A stretch of DNA of 64,000 bases, from the NCBI RefSeq assembly GCF_963921235.1, contig NC_086108.1, positions 105,464,001 through 105,528,000 of the forward strand, given 5' to 3'. Below are positions 1-10,604 of this stretch, piece after piece. Under the pieces are notes generated by a model. It worked only from the letters and a program-made list of their open reading frames with translations. It was not told the origin of the DNA and did not search any database. Both the position numbers and the translations under genes were made by a program. The DNA is from Mobula hypostoma. Lineage: Eukaryota. Within the stretch, counting starts at the first letter, position 1; every line of letters begins with the position of its first letter.

Positions 1-960
1 TCCTGCTCATCAAGGCCTTCTCATGGCCCCTTCTGGCTCTCCTAATTCCATTCTTAAGCGCCTTTTTGCAACCTTGTAATTTTCTAGAGCTCTGACAGTA
101 CCTAGTTTCTTGAACCTTTCGTAAACCTTTCTTTTCTTCTTAACTATATTTTCTACATCTTTTATACACCATGGTTCTTTAACTCTACCATCCTTTCCCT
201 ACCTCAAGGTAACAGACCTAAGCAGAACTCCATGCAAATGTTCCCTGAACATTTGCCACATTTCTGCTGTGTATTTCCCTGAGAAAATCTATCTGCTCCC
301 AATTTATGCTCCCAAGTTCCTGCCTAATAGCATCATATTTCCCCCTACACCAATTAAATGTCTTCCCAAATTGTCTGCTCCTATCCTTCTCCAGCGCTAT
401 GGTGAAGGAGAAAGAGTTATGGCCACTACCTCCAAAATGCTCTCCCACCGAGTGTTCTGACACCTGACCAGGTTCACTTCCCAATACCAGATCAAGTACA
501 GCCTCTCTTCTAGTTGGCTTATCTACATAATGTGTCAGGAACCCTTCCTGAACACACCTAACGAACTCCACCCCATGTAAAACCCTTGCGCTAAGGAGAT
601 GCCAACCAATATTAGGAAAGTTAAAATCTGCCATTACAACAGCCCTATTATTATTGCACCATTCCAGAATCTGCCTCCCTATCTGCTTCTCGATATCCCT
701 GTTACTCTTGGGGGGGTCTATAAAAAAACAGCCAGTAGAGTTATTGTCCCTTTCCTGTTTCTGCTTTCCACCCATAGAGACTCAGTAGACAATCCCTCCA
801 TGACTTCCTCCTTTTCTGCAGCCGTGACACTATCCCTAATTAGCAATGGCACACACCCACCTCTTTTGACTCCCTCTCTGTTCTTTTTGAAACATCTAAA
901 GCCCGGCACACTCAGCAGCCATTCCTGCCCCTGAGACATCCAAGTCTCTGTAATGGCCAC
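1..960 (-). mobile_element. CR1-clade LINE ORF2 fragment (APE endonuclease region), frameshifted
   Basis: ORFs 718..1056 (VAITETW...GFRCFKKNR) and 218..775 (VVMADFNFPNI, PTRREAVLDLVL, HFGGSGHN) carry APE motifs. Homologous to the 11958..12932 ORF. Confidence 0.9.
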
Positions 961-1358
961 AACTGTGTGGTGTTTGGTGTGAACTGTGTGTCCTGGAGGC
1001 CTGGATGCCTGGAAACAGGGCAGAAGCCCATGATCAACTCCATTGCTTCTCTCCATCTGAGGTGTTGAGCAAGGTTGAAGCTGATGAGGATAAGAATGGA
1101 GGATGCCAGATGTTCGGGGCTGTCTGACTTTCCCTCTTGATAGCTGGTGTTGGAGAAAAGTGCAGGAATATTCGGATCCGCATTGCCAGGATTGATAAGG
1201 GAGACTGGAAGGGTGGAGAATTAAATACTATGGTTATGGAGAAAGTGCAATGCAGTCAGACGGTAAGACGTAGGATCATAACAACGTCTGTGAGTCCAGG
1301 CCAAGGACTGGAGACTGGGGGCACAGAGGCGGCCAGTGCTAGAGTTGGAAACCTTTTC

Positions 1359-1720
1359 AGAGAGTCATAGAAAAGTACAGCACAGAAACAGGCTCTAGTG
1401 TGTGCAAACCATTTAAAAACCTACTCACATTGACCTGCACTGGAACCATAGCCCTTCATACCCCTACCATCCAGGTAACTTTCTATACTTCTCTTAAGCA
1501 CTAAAATCGAGCTCACATACACCACTTGTGTTTGCAGCTAGGTCCATATTCTCACCACCCTCTGAGTGAAGAAGTTTCCCCTCATGGTCCCCTTAAAAAT
1601 TTTTCACCTTTCACCCTTAACCCATGGCCTCCAGTTGTAGTTCCAGCAACCTCAGTGGAAAAAGCCTGCTTGCATTTACCTTATCTATACCCCTCATTAT
1701 TTTGTATACCTCTTATCAAA
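1359..1720 (-). mobile_element. CR1 LINE 3' end fragment
   Basis: Reverse complement of CR1 C-terminus/3'UTR motifs (ctcaccaccctctgagtgaagaagttt; catagaaaagtacagcacagaaacaggc). Confidence 0.8.
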
Positions 1721-1734
1721 TTTGCCTTCAGTCT

Positions 1735-1965
1735 TCTTTGTGTTGGTGAGTGGGTGGATGCTGTCATTGTTTAGTTTTGCCATTGCTGTTGTGGTTTGTG
1801 TTCTGCTGAACATTGTGGGCGTGTGATGTTGGCACCAGGCTGTGTGCTGACGCTTGCCGGCTGCCCTCAGCACATCCTCAGTTGAGTTGGTTGTTAATGC
1901 AAGTGACACATTTCACTGTAGGGTTCGATGTACATGTGATAAATAAGTAAATGCAGATCAGAATC
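1735..1965 (+). repeat. SINE-like repeat 3' module; related copies near 2835-3075, 15680-15860, 17350-17500(-) and 32930-33100(-)
   Basis: Shared motifs cattgtgggc...gctgccc.cagcacatcct...tttcactgta...gatgtacatgtga recur at all listed sites. Confidence 0.7.
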
Positions 1966-2399
1966 TGTTCTCTATGCTATCCACAGGCTCGTTCTCAGGT
2001 TTTCAGTATCCATGGGAGTTAAAATCGGTCGATCGTGCCGCCTTTATGTTCACTTGGTTCCAAGTGCCCTGCATTCTGCTGCTGCTGAATGAGCAAACAC
2101 AAGAACTGCGGGATTGTCAAGGGACAAGACATTTTTACACAGCTTCCCAAATCTGAAGTTCTAACACAGCCACAGCAACTTATAAACACTGAATCCAATG
2201 GGAACATCACAAGCAAATGACAAGCCGCTCTAGGTACTGAATATCGATGCTGTTCCTTACTGAAGATTCAGCAATTATTATAATAATAATATGTTGTCAT
2301 TGGTCATCAACATTGCAAGAAAAGAAGCACCAGATCTATTAGATTTTGATGCATTGCAAATGATTCCTGTGTAAACAAAGGCTTATTTTCTGAGCAGAG

Positions 2400-2560
2400 A
2401 TACACACACACACACAGACTCACTCACACACAGACATACACGCTCAGACACACATACAAACACACGCGTGCATGCACACAAACACAGACACACACACACA
2501 GACACACAGATACACAGACACCCAGGTGTGCGCGCACACACACACATACAAACACGCGCG

Positions 2561-2616
<56 letters not shown>

Positions 2617-2633
2617 TGCACAGACACACAGGT

Positions 2634-2669
<36 letters not shown>

Positions 2670-2777
2670 TGACCACTCACACACACAGATACACACACAG
2701 ACACACTCACACACATAGATACTCACACACTCACAAACACAGGCACTCTCACACTCACACATAAACACACACACACC
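2400..2777. repeat. Compound (CA)n microsatellite
   Basis: Direct inspection. It explains the HT/CV-repeat ORFs. Confidence 0.98.
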
Positions 2778-3921
2778 CCCTCTGGGTACTCCATTTTCCT
2801 CCCACATTTCAAAATCTTGTGGGTTAGGGTTAGTAAATTGTGGGCATGCTATGTTGATACTGGAAACATGGCGATACCACAGATGCTGGAAATCCAGAAT
2901 AACACAAACAAAATGTCGAAGGAACTCAGCATCTCTGGCAGCATCTATGGAGCGGAATAAATAGTCGACATTTTGGGCTGAAATCTTCATAAGAATCTGT
3001 GATGGCCCTTGACACAAAATGACGCCTTTCACTGTATGTTTTCCTATTCCAATGTGCATGTGACAGGTAAAATGAATCTTTAATTGAAAATCTCCCCTTT
3101 TAACCCAGTCCCTAGAGTCCTGGCAGCATTCCTCCACTCTTTCTTCAATGGCATCTTTCCTATCACAGATGAACAAAGACTCTACCCAATACCTTGTATA
3201 ACTGTAATACAACATCCCAATGTCTATCCTCGATGAAGGTTAGCATGCAAAATGTCTTTTTCAATATTCTGTCTACCTGTGAGACCACTTTCAGGGACCA
3301 TGTACTGAAGTCTTGGTCCCACCGTTCCACAACACTCCCCAGGAGGCAGGGTAAATAGGTACAGAATTTTTGGAAAATGGTTTAATATCACTGGCATCGT
3401 GAATTTTGTTGTTTTGTGGCAACCGTACAATGCAATACATAATGCTAAAAACTATAAATTGCAATACGAAGTATAAAATAAATTAAGTAAGTAGCTCCAC
3501 ACAAGAGGGAAAAACACAGAGGTGGTGTTCATTGGTTCAATGTCTATGCAGAAATCCGATGGCAGAGGGGAAGAAGCTGTTACTGAAGCATTGAGTGTGT
3601 GTCTTTAGGCACCTGTCCCTCCTCCGCGATAGTGGCACTGACAAGATGACATAAACTGGGTGATGGTGCTAAATGATGGATGCCTCCTATTTGAGGCAAC
3701 ACCTTTTGAGGGTGTTCTGGATGCCAGGGAGGCTGGTGCCCATAATAGAGCGGAGCTTGCAACTTCCTGCAGCTTTTTCCAAAGCTGTGCAGTGGCCCCT
3801 TCATACCAGGCAGCCAGTAATGCAACCAGTTAGAATGTTCTCCAGGGTAGATCTGTAGAGATTTGCAACTGTCCTTGGGGACATACCAGTTCTCCTCAAA
3901 CTCTAATGAAGCATAGTCACT

Positions 3922-4532
3922 CATAAACACAAAATAATCTGCAGATGCTGGGGTCAAAGCAACACTCACAATACGCTGGAGGAACTCAGCAGGTCGGGCA
4001 GCATCCATGGAAATGTTCAGTCAACATTTCGGGCCGGAACCCTTCGTCAGGACTGAAGAGGGAGGGGGAAGAGGCCCTATAAAGAAGGTGGGGGGAGGAT
4101 GGGAAGGAGAAGGCTGGTAGGTTCCAGGTGAAAAACCAGTAAGGGGAAAGATAAAGGGGTGGGGAGGGGAAGCAGGGAGGTGATAGGCAGGAAAGGTGAA
4201 GAAGGAACAGGGGAAAACACAATGGGTAGTAGAAGGAGGCGGAACCATGAGGGAGGTGATAGGCAGCTGGGGGAGGGGGCAGAGTGACATAGGGATAGAG
4301 GAAGGGAGGGGGAGGGAATTACCGGAAGTTGGAGAATTCTATGTTCATACCAAGGGTCTGGAGACTACCTAGACGGTATATGAAGTGTTGCTCCTCCAAC
4401 CTGAGTTTAGCCTCATCATGGCAGTAGAGGAGGCCATGTATGGACATATATGAATGGGAATGGGAAGCAGAGTTGAAGTGGGTGGCCACCGGGAGATCCT
4501 GTCTGTTGTAGCGGACGGGGCAGAGGTGCTTG
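3922..4532 (-). mobile_element. Penelope-like element 3' fragment (GIY-YIG C-terminus, pyrimidine tract, pLTR with hammerhead)
   Basis: Homologous to 16157-16818. About 16-bp TSD atgaagYatagYcact at 3906-3921 and 4533-4548 (2 mismatches). Confidence 0.88.
4016..4057 (-). ncRNA. Minimal type I hammerhead ribozyme
   Basis: Minus strand reads TTCAGTC-CTGACGA-A-GGGT-TCCG-GCCC-GAAA-TGTT-GACTGAA. It has a perfect 7-bp stem I, the CUGANGA and GAAA core boxes and a 4-bp stem II. The minimal stem III and cleavage site (family consensus CGTC) show CpG-type decay. Confidence 0.8.
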
Positions 4533-4769
4533 ATGAAGTATAGCCACTGTTGTGCCTTCTTTGTGATTGCATCAATATGTTGGGTCCAGGATGGTTCCTC
4601 AGAGATGTTGATGCCCAGGAACTTGAAAGGTGCGAAAGGGTACTTTGGGTAAACAGGAATGCATTGCTGAGGCTGTAACCATGAGCTTTGATGAATTGGG
4701 GTGTAGAATCTTGTTTTTCTTGTAGATTAATTTCTTATCTGGATTATATTTTTATATTTATATAACTGG

Positions 4770-5298
4770 AAGTAGGTGAGCAGTTTTGGGTGCCTTATGT
4801 GAATGAATTGGCTTTGAAGAGGATCCAGAGGAAGATCACGAGATTGGTATTTAGAATGAAAAGGTTAATGTATGAGGAAAATTCAATGGCTGTAGGTCTA
4901 TACTCACTGGATGAAGTGGAATCTCATAGAAAACCTATCAAAAAGCCCAGCAAGAGTAGACGTGTGGAGGATGTTTCCTACATTGGGACAGTCGAGGACC
5001 AAAGGGCACAGCCTCAGAATTGAAGGACGTTACTTTAAGATAGAGATGAGGAGAAATTTCTTCAGCCAGAGGACAGTGAATCTGTGGAATTCGTTGCCAC
5101 AGATCACTGTGGTTGCTAAATTATTGGGTATATTTAAAGCGGAGTTTGATAGGTTCTTGAATAGAAAGGGCATCAAAGGTTATGGAGGGAAGGCAGAAGA
5201 AAGAAGTTGTGAGGGATAATAAATCAGCCATGATGAAATGGCGGAGCAGACTCAATGGCCAATTGGCCTAATTCTGTTCTCATGTCTTATGGTCTTAG
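4770..5298 (+). mobile_element. CR1 LINE 3' fragment
   Basis: ORF 4911..5219 contains RTKGHSLRI...NFFSQRTVNLWNSLP, followed by a CR1 3'UTR. Confidence 0.9.
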
Positions 5299-5499
5299 GT
5301 ACTTGTTCAGTGAGTTTTGCTGCGGTTAGAGTTGCCTCAGAATTTTTCTGGAAACTTTTTGGCTTCCGTGGTGGATGTCATATTACTTGAACCTGGTTAT
5401 GTTATTGGTTATTGTTATCAAAGGAATTCTGTTCTCAGTAGTCTGGTATGAGAAGACACAACGACTTTTAATCTCTTTGCCCTTTGTCTCTCACTGTCA

Positions 5500-6385
5500 A
5501 AGCAAATTGTGCAGAGGATATGGAGAGTCTGCAGAGGGACTTAGATAGGTTAAGTGAGTGGGCAAGGGTCTGGCAGATGGAGCACAGTGTTGGTAAATGC
5601 GTGGTCATCCACTTTGGAAGGAAAAATTAAAGAGTAGGTTATTACTTAAATGGTAAAAAATTGCAGCATGCTGCGGTGCAGAGGAACTTGGGAGTGCTTG
5701 TGCATGAATCACAAAATGTTGGTTCTCAGGTGCAGCAGGCAAGGAGGCAAATGGAATGTTGGCCTTCATTGCTAGAGGGATTGAATTTAAGAGCAGGGAG
5801 GTTATGCTGCAACTGTACAGGGTACTGGTGAGGCCGCACCTGGAGTACTGCGTGCAGTTCTGGTCTCCTTTCTTGAGGAAGGATGTACTGGCTTTGGAGG
5901 CGGTGCAGAGGAGGTTCACCAGGTTGATACCAGGGATGAGACGGTTAGACTATAAAGAGAGTACTTACAGGAATTCAGAAGACTGAGAGGAGATCTTATA
6001 GAAACATATCAAATTATGAAAGGAATAGATAAGGTAAAGGCAGGAAAGTTGTTTCCACTGGCAGGTGAGACTATAACTAGGAGACCTAGCCTCAAGATTT
6101 CGGGGAGTAGATTTAGGATGGAGATGAGGAGGAACTGCTTCTCCCATAGAGTGGTGAATCTGTGGAAATCTCTGCCCAATGAAGAAGTGGAGGCTACCTC
6201 AGTAAATATATTTAAGCCAAGGTTGGATAGATTTTTGCATAGTAGGGGAATTAATGGTTATGGGGAAAAGGCAGGTAGGTGGAGATGAGTCCATAGCAAG
6301 ATCAGCCACGATTTTATTGAATGGCAGAGCAGGCTCGACAGACGAGATGGCCGACTCCTGCTCCTATTTCTTATGTTTTATGTTC
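5500..6385 (+). mobile_element. CR1 LINE 3' fragment
   Basis: ORFs with LVRPHLEYCVQFWSP and CFSHRVVNLWKSLP, followed by a 3'UTR tail. Confidence 0.92.
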
Positions 6386-6558
6386 TTCTTCTCCTTCCTC
6401 ACTCTTGTAAATCTTAATGAAATGATTGTCAGCAACAAGTGCAGGGTCACATTCAAGGACTCTTCATCTCGTCTTCTCGATATTTATTGCTTCTTTGTAC
6501 TGACTGTGAATGCCTGCAAGAAAATAAATCTCAGGTTTGTATATAGTGACAGAAATAG

Positions 6559-7440
6559 TTAGATAGATAGATGGATACTTTATTCATCCCAAAGGAAATT
6601 ACAGTGTCACAGTAGCTTGACAAGTGCACAGATATAGAAATTTACAAATATTAGAAGGGAAGTAAGAAAGAATAAAAAGTAAGTTACTTCAAACAGTCTA
6701 ACAGGAGGGGTCATCACTTCCCCAGCTATAAGTTGATAAAGCATAATGGCCGAGGGTAAGAACGACCTCGTATGGCACTCTTTGGAGCACAGTTGTCTTG
6801 GCCTATTACTAAAAGTGCCCCTCTGTTCAGCCAAGGTGGCACGCAGAGTGTGAAAAACATTGTCCAGAATTGACAGGATGTTCCGCAGGGTCCTTTATGC
6901 TACCAGAGTCTCCAGTGTGTTCAGTTTGAGTCGGATAACAGACCCAGCCTTTCTAATCAGTTTATTGAGCCTGTTGGCATCACCCTTGTTGATGCCATTG
7001 CTCCAGCACACCATCGTATATAAGATTGTACTGGTGACAACAGACTGGTAGAACATGTGAAGGAGAGGCCTACATACTCCAAAGGGCCTCAGCCTCCTCA
7101 GGAGGTAGAGATGACTTTGGCCCTTTTCGTATAGCCTCTGTGTTGGTGCTTTACTCTACTCTGTCATCCAGGGGCATCTACAGGTACTTATAGGTTCTCA
7201 CCATATCCATGTCTTCACCATCAATATTAACAGGGAGCAGTACAGGTTTAGTTTCCTAAAGTCCATCATTATTTCCTTTGTCTCACTGATTTTGAGCTAC
7301 ATATGATTCAGCTTGCACCATTTGACAAAGTCCTTCACCAAGGCCCTGTATTCATCCTCCAATCCTCCCTTTATACACCCAACTATTGCTGAGTCATCAG
7401 AAAACTTCTGCAGATGACATGACTCAATGTACATCATGTA
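6559..7440 (-). mobile_element. Rex1/Babar-type LINE 3' fragment with (TATC)n tail
   Basis: CHLQKFSDDSAIVGCI in ORF 7297..7557, RSFLPSAIMLY in ORF 6607..6834, and gatagatagat at the left end. Confidence 0.85.
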
Positions 7441-7444
7441 ATTT

Positions 7445-7835
7445 TTGCGTGGTGGGGTGTAGATATATCTCCACCAAAGGAGGTGCAACGTACTCCTTCT
7501 CTCAGCTAGGCTGCAGGTCACCCTTGGGCAAGGTGTGGCACCTGCATAGCCTCCCAATCAGGGTCATGTGAAGTCATGGGGTCAGGTGGTGGATGGTCGT
7601 ATGAGCAACCGGTGCAGATCACAAGTCCTGGTTATGTGACCACTGATGCCAGGCAAACAATCTCTGAAGAGTATTGATAACGGCTGGGGTTACCTATCTC
7701 GAAGAGATGGTTACCTAGAAGAAGGCAATGAAAAATCACTTTTGTAGAAAAATTTGCCAAGAACAATCATGGTCATGAGACTATGATTGCCCACATCATA
7801 TGACACTGTACATAAAGATGATGATGATGATGATA
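7445..7835 (+). mobile_element. Non-autonomous RTE-derived element with (GAT)n tail; second copy at 49165-50146
   Basis: The two copies align throughout. gaagaaggcaa.g.caaa.ca..t resembles the Bov-A/RTE-type motif, and there is a trinucleotide tail. Confidence 0.65.
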
Positions 7836-7994
7836 TGCACCTTGATAATGAATTTACTTCAATCTTCGAGGTTTTATGCCTCATCCTTAACTGCTGAAGA
7901 ACTTTTGGATCACAAAAACATCAGGGTCCATAACTTATTGAACAGTAGAGATGGCATGAATGCTGAGTTGCCTTGTCCTCTTTATAAATCAAAA

Positions 7995-8400
7995 GACCTT
8001 AAGACCATAAGATATCAGAGCAGAATTAGGCCATTTTGGCCCATCAAGTCTACCACCATTTCATCATGGCTGATCCATTTCCCTGCCAGTCCCAGTCTCC
8101 TGCCTTCTCCCCGTATCCCTTCATGCCCTAACTAACCAAGAATCTATCAACGTCTGCCTTAAATATGCTTAAAGACTTGGCCTCCTAGCCGCCTGTGGCA
8201 ATGAATTCCACAGATTCACCACTCTCTGGCTAAAGAAATTCCCCTTATTTCTGTTCTGAAAGGACTCCCCTCTATTTTGAGGCTGTGTCTTCTGGTCTTA
8301 AACTCCCCACCATAGGAAGCATCCTCTCCATATCCACACTTTTCAACATTCGATATGTTTCATTCAATGATGTCACCCCTCATTCTTCTAAATTTCAGTT
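7995..8400 (-). mobile_element. CR1 LINE 3' fragment
   Basis: gaattccacagattcaccactctctggctaaagaaatt is the reverse complement of NFFSQRVVNLWNS; aagaccataaga tail. Confidence 0.88.
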
Positions 8401-8508
8401 CCTGTGTTATAGAATAATCCAAGACCTAGACATCAAGAGGTATTCACAGACAAATCTCATCCAAATGAACATTATCCCTGCTCAATTTGCTTTCAATTCC
8501 TGCAGTCT

Positions 8509-8737
8509 TGAAGCACCTTCAATTACTCCAAAAGACTGAGGTTTGGTAAAATACTGGAAGGCTTTTATTCGCTGTACAATACGACCTCCACAGTGAGTGT
8601 CTGCCCCCGGACTGAGGGGGAGGGGCAAGACGAACACCTTTATACAGGACTCTGTGGGAGGAGCCACAGGGGCAGTCAGCAGAGGGGTGTGTCCAGACAG
8701 GTAACCCAGTTACAACATATATACATGGTTTACCACA
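8509..8737 (-). mobile_element. Solo LTR of the Gypsy family at 59666-62390
   Basis: Reverse complement nearly identical to 62160-62390, with TG...CA ends. 5-bp TSD AGTCT (8504-8508) / AGCCT (8738-8742), one mismatch. Confidence 0.95.
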
Positions 8738-9819
8738 AGCCTTCAACCAATCGATGCTTTTCCTGACTCTCTAGATGGAGAGTGTGATACAGAGAGCTTA
8801 TTTTTGTTTAAAAAAAAACTGTTCACCATTTACTTTAAATAAAACATTAGTGCATACCCAGTTCTTGGCAGTGTATGGCTGTGCTTGTAAATTAAATCAA
8901 AGCAACTTCATTATACAGAAGTCACAGAGCCCTTGACGAGCAGTAGTAATATCCCATAATATTAGCCTGGGGGCTGCATTTATACAGGAGAGCACTAGGA
9001 AATGGTGGTGTTTTCAATCTCTGAACCTTCTTCACAGGCCAATGCGTGTCATTACTGTATTAGCAATTTTTGGAGCCTGAAGCCAATACATTGGACTTAT
9101 AGATACATGCATTTATCTACAATATGATTATTTGTATTATTTTTATGCATTAAAATTAAATTGACATTAAGTAGCATATTTCAACATGCAGATAAATAAT
9201 TATTTTGTCGTCAGGAGGAAGGGTATTGCAACCCATTTTAAAGATGTATATTGCTTCCTGATATTAATGCGCCAATTTCATTCTTAATTTCGTCATCACG
9301 GTACCATGGCTGCTTCAGCCTCAAAGGTGCAGAAGGTGGGTTCTACCCTTAATGCGATCTCATGCCTGCTCGGGGGTTATGCAATTGCATTTCTCAATAA
9401 GCACCAGGTTATGTCGACTGTTTATTCATTTCCGAAAAAAGCTGCCTCACCTGCTGAGTTCCTCCAGCGTTTCATGTGAGTTGCTTTGGAATTCCAGCAC
9501 CTGCAGACTTTCTCATGTTTGAAGTTTTCACAATTTTTCTGAGAAACCTTTAGGGAGGATTTCATTTTAGATTATGAAGACACGCAGTCCTCTTTTATTG
9601 TCATTTAGTAATGCATGCATTAAGAAATGATACAATATTTCCTTCGGTGTTATATCACAAAACACAGGACAGACCAAGACTGAAAAAAACTAACAAAACC
9701 ACATAATTATAACATATAGTTACAACAGTGCAACAATACCATAACTTGATGAAGAAGTTCATGAGCACAGTAAAAGTTCAAAGTCTCTCAAATGTCCCCC
9801 ATCTCACGCAGATGGGAGA

Positions 9820-10520
9820 TTTTATCAGGAGTTTGCGGAGACTTGGTATGTCACCAAAGACAGTAGCAAATTTCCACACGTGCTGTGGTGAGCATTCCGA
9901 CTGTCTGCATCACTGCTCGGTATAGAGGGCCACTGCCCAGGATCAGATGTTGCAGTAGGTTGCAAACTCAGCCAGATCTATCATGGGCACTGGCCTCCGC
10001 AGCATCGAGGACACCTTCAAAAGGCAAGGCCTCAAGAGGACAGCTTCCATCATTAAAGGCCCCCAGCACTCAAAGGATGTCTTCTTCTCCTTGTTACCAT
10101 CAGGAAGGAGGTATAGGAGCCTGAAGACACACACTCAATGTTTTAGGAACAGCTTCTTCCCTCTGCCATCAGGTTTCCGAATGGACAACAAGCCCGTGAA
10201 CACTGATGAAGGGACTCCCTCTCTCTCTTCTTTTTTTCCATTCCTCATTCTGGATCCATTCTGGCTCCCTTCTCTTCTCCTCATGTGCCTATCACCCCAT
10301 CTGATGGCCCTCCTGCTTCCCTCTCTCCCATGGTCCAATCTCCACTCCTATCAGCCCCTCGCCTTTTGGCCTATCATCTCCCCTCCTCCACTCTCCCACC
10401 TTGCCCCTCACCCTGGCTTCACCCACCTCCTTCTAGCTTGCACTGCTTCCCCTCCCCCCACCTTATTCTGGCATCTTCCCCCTTACTTTCCAGTCCAAAT
10501 GAAGGGTCTCAGACTGAATG
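9820..10520 (+). mobile_element. Rex1-type LINE 3' fragment followed by a decayed Penelope pLTR (about 10205-10520)
   Basis: FSLLPSGRRYRSLKTHTQCFRNSFFP in ORF 9983..10552, then a pyrimidine tract and a degenerate hammerhead (cagtccaaatgaagggtctcagactgaa). Confidence 0.75.
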
Positions 10521-10604
10521 TTTTTAACTATATGTTTTCCAGGCAGTCTTAACTTATTCTGTTCACGTGCATTTAGAACAAACTCTGTTGCTGTTATCCA
10601 GCCA

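Larger units (their letters stand above)
3381..4630 (-). mobile_element. Rex1/Babar-type LINE 3' fragment, interrupted by a Penelope-like insertion
   Basis: RT C-terminal remnants matching copies at 9820-10200, 14990-15580 and 27010-27510. The sequence resumes after 4532. Confidence 0.7.

Noticed and set aside
2383..3215. ORFs rich in CV/HT repeats (also 33259-33703)
   Set aside because: Translations of (CA)n microsatellites.
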